DNA of 64,000 nucleotides from Myxococcales bacterium (lineage in GTDB: Bacteria; Desulfobacterota; Binatia; HRBIN30): assembly GCA_037445065.1 (NCBI GenBank), contig JBBILD010000004.1:1-64000 (forward strand). Direction: 5' to 3'. The translations under genes and the position numbers were made by a program. How positions within the stretch are numbered: the stretch's first letter is position 1; the number at the start of each line of letters is the position of its first letter. The notes under the pieces were generated by a model. That model searched no databases, was not told the origin of the DNA, and saw nothing but the letters and a program-made list of their open reading frames with translations. Of this stretch, positions 9,532 through 18,093 are shown one piece after another.

Positions 9532-12228
9532 ATGGCGCTCGATGCGAGTCGGTACGACACCGCCGTGGTGCTCAAAGATGGGGGCTCGATTCGGATTCGA
9601 GCGATCCGGCCAGACGACAAGGAGCGCTTGCTCGATCACTTTCACCGCTTGAGCGAGCGCTCCGTGTACTTCCGGTTTTTTAGCGCGAAGAAGCGCCTGA
9701 CCGAGGAGGAACTGCGCCGCTTCACGGAGCCGGACTTCCGCACCCATGTGGCCCTGGTGGCTACCCTGCTCGAGGACGGGCAAGAGCGCATCATCGGTGT
9801 GGGACGCTACATGTTGCGCGCCGGTGGAGATCCGCACCGCGCGGAGGTGGCCTTCGCGGTGGCCGACGAGCACCAGGGCCGCGGTATTGGCACGGCCTTG
9901 CTCGAGCATCTGGTGCACATTGCGCGGCAAAGCGGGATCACCGAATTCGAGGCCGACGTGCTCGGCGAAAACAACCAAATGCTCGAGGTGTTCGCGCGCA
10001 GCGGGTTTCGCGTGCGGCGCAGCGTGGAAGGTGGGGTGGTCCACGTCTCCTTTCCGACCGAAGAAACCGAGGAATTCCGCCGCGCGAGTGAGAGCCGCGA
10101 GAGCTTGGCGGTGGCGCAAAGCATCCGGCCCTTCTTTTACCCGCGCGCGGTCGCAGTGGTGGGCGCTTCGAGCCGCCCGAACACGATCGGCAACGCCCTC
10201 GTGTGCAACCTGAAGCACTGTGGCTTTCGCGGCCAGATTTTTCCGATCCACCCCAGTGCCGAATTCATCGAGGGATTGCGCGCCTACCGTCGGGTGAGCG
10301 AGGTGGGGGAGCCCGTTGACCTGGCGGTCATTGCGGTGCCGGTAGCGGCGGTGGAAGAGGTGGTTCGAGACTGCGCCCGTGCTGGCGTGCGCGGGGTGGT
10401 GGTGATCTCTGCTGGCTTTGCCGAGTCTGGCCCGGCCGGGCGCGAGGCTGAGCAGCGGCTCCGGCAACTGGTGCGCAGCTCGGGCATGCGCATGGTTGGC
10501 CCGAACTGCATGGGGCTCCTCAACACCGATCCGCAGGTGTCGCTGAACGCGACCTTTGCTCCCTCCTGGCCTCCGCACGGGAACATCAGCATGCTCTCGC
10601 AAAGCGGAGCCCTGGGGCTCGCCATCCTCGACATGGTGCGCGAACTGGGCATCGGCATGGCGACCTTCGTGTCGGTGGGCAACAAAGCCGACGTCTCCGG
10701 CAATGACCTCCTTTGCTACTGGGCCGAGGACCCTCACACCAAGGTGATCGTGCTGTACCTGGAGAGCTTCGGGAATCCGCGCAAGTTCGGCCGCATCGCC
10801 CCGCGGGTCGCACGGGAGAAACCGATCGTGGCCGTCAAATCCGGCCGCTCTGCCGCCGGGCAGCGCGCTGCCTCCAGCCACTCTGCCGCGCTGGCCAGCG
10901 TGGACGTGGCGGTGGACGCCTTGTTCGAGCAAGCCGGGGTGATTCGCACGAACACCTTGGAGGAACTGTTCGATGTAGCCGCTTTGCTGTCTTTGCAACC
11001 GGTCCCACCGGGACCGCGAGTGGGCGTGGTGACCAACGCTGGCGGCCCGGGAATTCTGCTTGCCGATGCGTGCGAGGCGGAGGGGCTTACGCTGCCGGAC
11101 CTCGATCCCACCACCCGCCAGGCGCTCAGCGCGTTTCTCCCTCCGCAAGCGAGCACCGTGAATCCCGTAGACATGATCGCTTCCGCGACCGCCGAGCACT
11201 TCGAGCGCACCATCGGGCTGGTCGGCAACGACCCCAACGTGGATTCCGTCGTGGTGCTCTACATCCCGCTGTTTTTGTCCGAGGTGGACAAGGTTGCCTC
11301 AGCCATCGCCCGTGGAGCGGGAGCGGTGCCGCCAGAGAAACCGGTGCTGAACGTTTTCCTTTCCTCGCGCGGTGCCCCGGCCGCCCTCGCTGGGGGTCCG
11401 CGTGGGCCATTGCCTTCGTTTCGCTTCCCGGAAGATGCCGCCCGTGCCTTGGCGCGCGCCGAGCGCTACCGGCGCTGGCGGGAGCGGCCGCAGGGCAATG
11501 TGTTTCGCTTCGACGCCTTTGCCGAAGCCACCATCCGTGCAGTCGTGGAGCGCGTATTGGCGCAGCGAGCGGAGGCCCAGTGGCTGGTGTGGGCGGACGT
11601 CGTCACGATCTTGCAAGCGGCGGGAATCCGGGTGGCAGAGGGCGAACTGGTGCCGCTCGAGGAGGTCGTCGAGGCGGCTGAGCGCATCGGTTTTCCTGTG
11701 GTGATCAAGGCGGTGGTGCCGGGTTTGGTGCACAAAACCGACGTCGGAGGGGTGGTCACCGGCGTGTTCTCGCGTTCGGGTGCGCGCGAAGTCGCAGAGC
11801 AGATGCGCAAGGATTTGGCTGCGCACGGTTGGTCGTTGCACCAGGTGCTGGTGCAACGACAAGTCTCTGGGGGCATCGAGGCCTTTGTCGGTGTGGCCGG
11901 CGACCCGGTTTTCGGACCGCTCATGGTGTGCGGGTTGGGGGGCGTGCTGGTCGAATTGTTGCGCGACGTCACCTACCGGCTCACGCCAGTGACTGACATC
12001 GCGGCGCAAGAGATGGTAGCGGGTTTGCGTACAGCGCCGTTGCTCGATGGCTACCGAGGCATGATGCCGGCCGACAAGCAAGCGTTGACCGATGCCCTTC
12101 AGCGCGTTTCAGCAATCGTCGAAGTCGTTCCGGAGCTGCGGGAAATGGACATCAACCCGATCAAGGTTTTGCCCCCGGGTCAGGGGATCGTGGCCCTCGA
12201 CGCGCGCATCCGCATCGCGCCAGAGTGA
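9532..12228 (+). CDS. GNAT plus NDP-forming acyl-CoA synthetase-like fusion (Pat-type protein lysine acetyltransferase)
   Basis: N-terminal GNAT (EVAFAVADEHQGRGIG), CoA-binding region (VAVVGAS, GPNCMG, SQSGALG), ATP-grasp (HKTDVGGV, EMDINP). RBS GGAGG. Confidence 0.88.
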   Translation: MALDASRYDTAVVLKDGGSIRIRAIRPDDKERLLDHFHRLSERSVYFRFFSAKKRLTEEELRRFTEPDFRTHVALVATLLEDGQERIIGVGRYMLRAGGDPHRAEVAFAVADEHQGRGIGTALLEHLVHIARQSGITEFEADVLGENNQMLEVFARSGFRVRRSVEGGVVHVSFPTEETEEFRRASESRESLAVAQSIRPFFYPRAVAVVGASSRPNTIGNALVCNLKHCGFRGQIFPIHPSAEFIEGLRAYRRVSEVGEPVDLAVIAVPVAAVEEVVRDCARAGVRGVVVISAGFAESGPAGREAEQRLRQLVRSSGMRMVGPNCMGLLNTDPQVSLNATFAPSWPPHGNISMLSQSGALGLAILDMVRELGIGMATFVSVGNKADVSGNDLLCYWAEDPHTKVIVLYLESFGNPRKFGRIAPRVAREKPIVAVKSGRSAAGQRAASSHSAALASVDVAVDALFEQAGVIRTNTLEELFDVAALLSLQPVPPGPRVGVVTNAGGPGILLADACEAEGLTLPDLDPTTRQALSAFLPPQASTVNPVDMIASATAEHFERTIGLVGNDPNVDSVVVLYIPLFLSEVDKVASAIARGAGAVPPEKPVLNVFLSSRGAPAALAGGPRGPLPSFRFPEDAARALARAERYRRWRERPQGNVFRFDAFAEATIRAVVERVLAQRAEAQWLVWADVVTILQAAGIRVAEGELVPLEEVVEAAERIGFPVVIKAVVPGLVHKTDVGGVVTGVFSRSGAREVAEQMRKDLAAHGWSLHQVLVQRQVSGGIEAFVGVAGDPVFGPLMVCGLGGVLVELLRDVTYRLTPVTDIAAQEMVAGLRTAPLLDGYRGMMPADKQALTDALQRVSAIVEVVPELREMDINPIKVLPPGQGIVALDARIRIAPE

Positions 12229-12232
12229 CATC

Positions 12233-14392
12233 TCACGGTTCGACTTCCACGCGTAAGCCGCCGGTCGCGGCCTCGACCTCGACCGCAACGGTGCGGTGGG
12301 CGCGGCGCAGCAGGAGAGTGAGCGTCCCGCCAGGCACGCGCAAATCCCGGATGCGCACCCAGGAAAGGAAGCCGGGTAGCCGGGGGCGACGCAGCACAAC
12401 GGCGTGGCGGTGGGTGTCCACGGCGATCCCGAGCACCGCGCCGAGCAGGGCCCAGGGCACAGCCGCGGACCACGCTTGCGGGGAACAGGCCACCGGATAG
12501 AGCGTGGGACCAGCATCGCGGCGGCGCGCAAAGCCGCAGTAGAGCTCCGGCAGCCGGCGCAATTCCATGTGCGTGGCGGCGTCGAACAGCGCGCGAAAAA
12601 CTTCGAGAGACGCTTTCTGGAACCCTAAGCGCGCGCATCCCATGGCAAACAGTGCATTGTCGTGCGGCCAGATCGAGCCGTTGTGGTACGACATCGGGTT
12701 GTACCGCGCCTCGCCCGCGGCCACCGTGCGCACACCCCAACCGGAGAAGAAGTGCGGTGCGATCAATTCACGGGCCAGCACCTCTGCGCGCTCCCGCGTG
12801 CAGAGTTCCGTGAGCAAGAGATGCCCAGCATTCGAAGTGCGTACGGCGCACGGCTCCCCTCCACCGTCGAGCGCAAGAGCGTAGAACGAGCGCGACTCGA
12901 GCCAGAAGCGGCGCTCGAAATTTTGCCGTAAGCGTTCCGCCTTTTCTTGTTGCACGCGCGCCAGCTCCGCCTTGCCGAGCGCGCTGGCCAGGGCCGCCGC
13001 CGCGCGCCGGGCCGCGTATAGGTAGCCCTGCACTTCCACCAGCGCGATCGGGCCGACAGCGAGCCGGCCGTCGGCGTGAAAGACCGCGTCTTCAGAGTCC
13101 TTCCACCCCTGGTTGCGCAAGCCGCGGCGCGCCTTGCCACTGTAGGTGAGGAAGCCGTCGGCGTCGGTGGTCGAGTCAAACCACTGCACCGCTCGCTCCA
13201 CGTGGGGGAAGAGTTGCTCCACTGTGGAGCGGTCCGCTGTACGCAACAAGTACTCGTGCATGAGCCACACGAACAGCGGCGTTGCATCCACGCTGCCGTA
13301 ATACGCGCCGAAGGGGACCTCGCCGGTAAGCGCCATTTCGCCCTGGCGAAGCTCGTGCAAGATCTTGCCCGGTTCGGCGTCCCGCGCGGGATCGGTGTGT
13401 TGCGCTTGGTGGGCAGCGAGAAAGCGGAGCACGCCGCGGGCGTACTCCGGGTTCGCCCACAGCACCTGCAGAGCCGTGATCAACCCGTCGCGCCCGAACA
13501 CGGTGGAGAACCACGGGATCCCCGCGTACGGGTAGGGGCCGTGAGGGGTGTCGGTGGTGAGCATCACCAAGTCGGCAGTCGAACGGCAGAGCCACTCGTT
13601 GAAGAGTTCGTCCGAGGTCTCCACCCCGGGGAAGCGCCGGCTGGCCTCCAGGCGGGCGCGGTGGGCGCGTCGCACACCTGTAGCGGCAGAGACCACAGGC
13701 AGCGGGCGCCCGCTGGTGGCGTTGCAGCGAACAATCAGCGAGATGCGCTGCCGCCCGCCGCGGGGCAAGTCGAGCAAAAAGGTGGCTTCGGAGGTGGTCA
13801 GTTCCGCAGGGGCGGGACGGAACTCGATCTCGGTGGTTCGCTCGACCCCGTCCAAACCAGAGTACACGTGGCGAACCCGGCAGTCCCCCTCCACTCGTGC
13901 CCGTAGGGCGCCGCGGCGCGCGCGTCTGAGCCCCCGCACTTCGAAGATATCGCGAAAGTCAGCCGCGAACTGGATGTTGAGGGTGATGTGCAGTCGCCGG
14001 CCGGAGAAATTGCGCACGGTCAGGATCTCGTACGCCGCTCCTTCCCAGAGGAACTTGATGCGGCCGAGATGCACCGAGTCACGCGGCAGGATGAGTTCGC
14101 CGTTTTCCCAAAAATCGGGGTTCGCGAGGTCCACGTTCAAGCGCGCGTTGTTCCGCTGCACGTGCGAACTCAGGAATAGCGGTGCCTGTTTGCCGAAGCG
14201 CACCCGCAGGTAGTGCAAGTGGCGGGTGTCGCGGTGGTAGATGCCCTCCACTCCGCCGTCCCCGCCGGGCAAATCGCCCAGCAGGTCGAACACCGCAAAG
14301 GTGTCGCCGTGCTTGAGGATCCGCGTGCGCTCGACCCCGGAGCGGACCGAAGGGATGTAAAACGTCGGAGCGGGGCTATCCGATTCACTCAT
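12233..14392 (-). CDS. Amylo-alpha-1,6-glucosidase (glycogen debranching enzyme family)
   Basis: AGIPWFSTVFGRD, EPGKILHE, YYGSVDATPL, NQGWKDS, YHNGSIWPHDN, RLPELYCG. Confidence 0.9.
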   Translation of the reverse strand: MSESDSPAPTFYIPSVRSGVERTRILKHGDTFAVFDLLGDLPGGDGGVEGIYHRDTRHLHYLRVRFGKQAPLFLSSHVQRNNARLNVDLANPDFWENGELILPRDSVHLGRIKFLWEGAAYEILTVRNFSGRRLHITLNIQFAADFRDIFEVRGLRRARRGALRARVEGDCRVRHVYSGLDGVERTTEIEFRPAPAELTTSEATFLLDLPRGGRQRISLIVRCNATSGRPLPVVSAATGVRRAHRARLEASRRFPGVETSDELFNEWLCRSTADLVMLTTDTPHGPYPYAGIPWFSTVFGRDGLITALQVLWANPEYARGVLRFLAAHQAQHTDPARDAEPGKILHELRQGEMALTGEVPFGAYYGSVDATPLFVWLMHEYLLRTADRSTVEQLFPHVERAVQWFDSTTDADGFLTYSGKARRGLRNQGWKDSEDAVFHADGRLAVGPIALVEVQGYLYAARRAAAALASALGKAELARVQQEKAERLRQNFERRFWLESRSFYALALDGGGEPCAVRTSNAGHLLLTELCTRERAEVLARELIAPHFFSGWGVRTVAAGEARYNPMSYHNGSIWPHDNALFAMGCARLGFQKASLEVFRALFDAATHMELRRLPELYCGFARRRDAGPTLYPVACSPQAWSAAVPWALLGAVLGIAVDTHRHAVVLRRPRLPGFLSWVRIRDLRVPGGTLTLLLRRAHRTVAVEVEAATGGLRVEVEP

Positions 14393-15444
14393 GCGGCTTG
14401 CTCGAGCAGGCCGTTGCGCTCGCAGCCGAGGAGCTGCTCGTAAACGCGCACATAATCGCGAGCCATGCGCTCTGCCGTGAACCGTTCTTCGAATCGCTGC
14501 CGGATGCGGCTGCGATCGAGCGCGGCGGCGCGTTCCACCGCAGCGGCGGCTTCTGCTTCGGAATCGACAATGCAGCCGGTGAGCCCATCTTCGAGCACTT
14601 CTGGCACCGAGCCGCGGCGCAACGCAACGACCGGGGTGCCACAAGCCATGGCCTCGATCATGACCAACCCGAACGGTTCGGGCCAGTCCACCGGGAAGAG
14701 CATGGCGAGCGCGCTCCCGAGCAAGGCGCTCTTCTCGTGCTCCGCAATTTCTCCGATGTACTCGACCCCGGGCTCGCGCAACATGGGGCGGACCACGGCC
14801 TCGAAGTACTCGCGATCGGCGCGGTCCACCTTGGCGGCTATGCGCAGCGGTAGCCCGACCTGCCGGGCGATGCGGATCGCTTTGTCCGGCCCCTTCTCGG
14901 GAGAGATGCGTCCGAGGAAAACAAGATAGCCGTCAGGCTTGGGGTGGAAGCGCAGGAGGTTGCGCGGCAAGCCGTGCGGTACCGTGGCGAGCCAGCGCAT
15001 CCAGGGTAACGGATCGCGCTGCGCATCGGAGATGGAGACCACCGGCATGTCCCGGAACTCGCGCGCCAGGGGTACGAGGTCGGGAAGGTCGAGCCTCCCG
15101 TGCAAGGTGGTGAGGGTGCGTTCCTTGAGCGGGCGGAAGACGGGAAAATGGAGAAGGTCTACGTGGAAGTGCAGCACATCGAACTCGCCCGCCATTTGCC
15201 GCACCCGCTCGATCAACAAAAGGGTGTGCGGGATGGGGTCGCGAACGGCAGGGTCGAGCCGTAGGGCACGGGGTGCACCCGGGATCAATCGAGCCTGCGT
15301 GCGTGAGTCGCCGCTGGCGAACAGCGTGACTTCGTGTCCGAGATCGAGCAACGCCTCGGTCAAGTAGGCGACCACCCGCTCGGTACCGCCGTACAATTTT
15401 GGGGGAACACTCTCGATCAGGGGGGCAACTTGTGCGATCCGCAT
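14389..15444 (-). CDS. Glycosyltransferase family 4
   Basis: MRIAQVAP...PPKLYGGTERVV; GRISPEKG; EPFGLVMIEAMACGTPV. 4-bp overlap with the downstream glucosidase. Confidence 0.92.
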   Translation of the reverse strand: MRIAQVAPLIESVPPKLYGGTERVVAYLTEALLDLGHEVTLFASGDSRTQARLIPGAPRALRLDPAVRDPIPHTLLLIERVRQMAGEFDVLHFHVDLLHFPVFRPLKERTLTTLHGRLDLPDLVPLAREFRDMPVVSISDAQRDPLPWMRWLATVPHGLPRNLLRFHPKPDGYLVFLGRISPEKGPDKAIRIARQVGLPLRIAAKVDRADREYFEAVVRPMLREPGVEYIGEIAEHEKSALLGSALAMLFPVDWPEPFGLVMIEAMACGTPVVALRRGSVPEVLEDGLTGCIVDSEAEAAAAVERAAALDRSRIRQRFEERFTAERMARDYVRVYEQLLGCERNGLLEQAA

Positions 15445-15797
15445 GACTCCTCCTTGCCTACTGAGCTGTAGAATCACCGAACCACGCAAACGCCGTCCCT
15501 CGCTTTCCAGCATTGGGCAGCGACTGGGCGGCGCCGTGCGTTGCCACCGGCCCCGAGGATGGGCGCGGCGCGCTTTGATAATCATCGTTGCGGCGGCGCG
15601 CCAGTCGGTGGGCAGAGCAGCCGCGGCGGCCAGCCTCTCGTCTGGAGCCTGGCAGCTCCGCAACCAAACCCGGCGGCTGCCCTCGGTGTGCAAGCAGGCG
15701 CGGGCAGATCTTCCGCGAAGCTCACCGGGTGCGCCGCTAAAGTGCAGCGATTGGGCCTGCTGGCACGCCGCCCAACCGGCTCGCACGCCGGGTGCGA

Positions 15798-17057
15798 CTA
15801 CTTGCCGAGGGCCTCACGATCCAGCTCTTCGGCAATTTGCTCGAGGGTTTTGCCGCGTGTCTCGGGTGCGTAGGCGAGCACCAAAAGTGCACCGGCCACA
15901 GGGCCAATGGCCATCACCCCAACGGCAAGCGGGATGCCGATGCGATCTGCGACCATGCCGATGAACAAAGGGGTCACGATTTCCGTGAGGCGCCCAAACA
16001 GGTTCGTGGTCCAACTGTAACCGGTAGCCCGGATCTCGGTGGGGAAGAGTTCGGTGGCGTAGGTGGCGGTGGCCGAATTGGCGCCCATGAAGGCCACAAT
16101 GCAGGAAGCCATCAAGGCCGTTTGCACGGCGAGGCTCGTGCTCGGAACGATGAACAGGGCGAAGATGCACACCGCCGCTCCGAAGTAGTAGAGCGAGCAA
16201 GCCAGGCGGCGACCGATGCGGTTCATGAGATAACCGGCCAGAGGCGCACCCAACGCGAAACCAGCGATGTACCCACCGGCGACCACGAGCGTGTACTTGT
16301 CCGGCCCAAAACCGAGGTTGTGTTGGGCATGGATGGTCCAAAACGTCACCGCCGGCGAAGTGACTAGGTGGTTGCAATTCCAGATGAGGGTGACGAGCAG
16401 CGAGCGGGCTCGATAGCGCTTCTCGAACGGCACGCGTAGCGAGCGAAACTGCGATCGCCACGAGGAATGGTTGCCAGCGCCGCTTCCTTGCAGCTCCTTG
16501 AAACGGCGAGTCTCGCGCATGCCGAGCCGCACCAGCACCACCAGCACCACCGGGATCAAGCCGAGTAAGTACATCGTGCGCCAGTCGTACTGCTGCAGCA
16601 CCCAGCGCGCGGTCAAAAAAGAAAGGATCGTGCCGAGGGCGCCCATGCCAGCGAGGAGCGAAATGCCCATACTGCGGAAGCGGGTGGGATACTCTTCGCC
16701 AATGATGATCAGCGCCAGGGCGAACTCGGCGGCGAGGAAAATGCGCGCGCAAAACTGCCACAGGGTGAACTCCTGAATGGTGGAGGCGAACGCGGTGAGC
16801 CCCGTGAACAGTGCGTAGCCGAAGATGGTGGCCGTGATGACCGGCCGTCGCCCGAGCCGATCCGCCAACATCAAGACGAAGAACGAGGCAACGGCACCGA
16901 TGCGGATCACCAGATTGACCAGGCCCCACTCGGTGTTGCTCAGCTCGTAAAGAGATTTGATCTGCGGCGCCACTGTGGAGAGGATCGCTACGTTGAAGGC
17001 GTCGAACACCGTGGCCGACACCAGCATGCCGAGCAGCGCCCACAGATAGGGCGTCAT
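15798..17057 (-). CDS. MFS transporter
   Basis: Motif A (LADRLGRR), about 12 hydrophobic segments, ELFPTEIRA, PETRG. Confidence 0.9.
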   Translation of the reverse strand: MTPYLWALLGMLVSATVFDAFNVAILSTVAPQIKSLYELSNTEWGLVNLVIRIGAVASFFVLMLADRLGRRPVITATIFGYALFTGLTAFASTIQEFTLWQFCARIFLAAEFALALIIIGEEYPTRFRSMGISLLAGMGALGTILSFLTARWVLQQYDWRTMYLLGLIPVVLVVLVRLGMRETRRFKELQGSGAGNHSSWRSQFRSLRVPFEKRYRARSLLVTLIWNCNHLVTSPAVTFWTIHAQHNLGFGPDKYTLVVAGGYIAGFALGAPLAGYLMNRIGRRLACSLYYFGAAVCIFALFIVPSTSLAVQTALMASCIVAFMGANSATATYATELFPTEIRATGYSWTTNLFGRLTEIVTPLFIGMVADRIGIPLAVGVMAIGPVAGALLVLAYAPETRGKTLEQIAEELDREALGK

Positions 17058-17128
17058 ATGGCTCACTTCTGCAGCAGGGCGCGCCTCCTGCTCAGCAGCG
17101 ATTTTGTGCTGGTGGGAAACGGAGCGAT

Positions 17129-17902
17129 TCACTGATGGGTCCAGTGGGGCGGGCGTTTTTCGAGGAACGCGCAAATGCCCTCTTGGGCATCGGCGGCGGC
17201 AGCGTTCAGACTCATCACTTCCTTGGCGTACGCGTACGCCTTGGCCTGATCGAGATCAATTTGGGCGTAAAAGGCTTGCTTTCCGATGCTCACGGTGAAT
17301 GCACTCGCCTCCGCGATGCGCTGGGCGAGCGCCTCTACCGCACGGTCGAGTTCGGCCAGGGGAACGACGCGGTTGACCAGGCCCCAGGCGCAGGCCGTTT
17401 TGGCATCGATCGGGGTTCCCGTGAGCAGCATTTCGAGCGCCCGTTTACGCCCGATTGCACGAGTCAACGCAACCATGGGTGTGGAACAAAACAGACCGAT
17501 CCGTACGCCCGGGGTTGCAAAACTCGCGCTTTCTGCTGCCACTGCCAGGTCGCAACTAGCAACGAGCTGGCAGCCTGCCGCAGTGGCGATGCCGTGGACG
17601 CGCGCGATCACTGGCTGCGGGATGGCTTGCAAGCCCTGCATGAGCTCGCTGCATACTTCGAACACTTCCCGGTAGTGAGCCAACGAACCGCCGCGCAGTT
17701 CCTCCAAGTCGTGCCCGGCGCAAAAGGCCGGGCCTTCCGCCGCGAGAACGACGACCCGCACCTCGCGATCGGCTGAGAGCGCTTCGAGTGCGCCGAGCAG
17801 TTCCCGCATCATGCGCAAGGAGAGAGCGTTGCGCTTCTCCGGGCGGTTCATCGTAATGCGTGCAATGGGTGCGTGCTGCACCCGGATTTGCTGGTAGTCC
17901 AT
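17129..17902 (-). CDS. Enoyl-CoA hydratase/isomerase family protein
   Basis: NRPEKRNAL, FCAGHDL, AAGCQLVASCD, EGICAFLEKR. Confidence 0.92.
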   Translation of the reverse strand: MDYQQIRVQHAPIARITMNRPEKRNALSLRMMRELLGALEALSADREVRVVVLAAEGPAFCAGHDLEELRGGSLAHYREVFEVCSELMQGLQAIPQPVIARVHGIATAAGCQLVASCDLAVAAESASFATPGVRIGLFCSTPMVALTRAIGRKRALEMLLTGTPIDAKTACAWGLVNRVVPLAELDRAVEALAQRIAEASAFTVSIGKQAFYAQIDLDQAKAYAYAKEVMSLNAAAADAQEGICAFLEKRPPHWTHQ

Positions 17903-18093
17903 GGGTCGCTCCTCCCAACGCGCGCTAGCCTATCAGAGCCGCGAGGTGAAGAAACGCGGGAATGCACTGGCCGGTCAGTGGCCGTGCCTCTTGTATTTGG
18001 CAAAACAAAACCGCCGAGCAGGTGGCGACCGATCTTTCGCCCGCCTGCCCGCGCGAGGCAGCCCTTTTCTGGAAAACGCGCGAAGTCCTGCGC

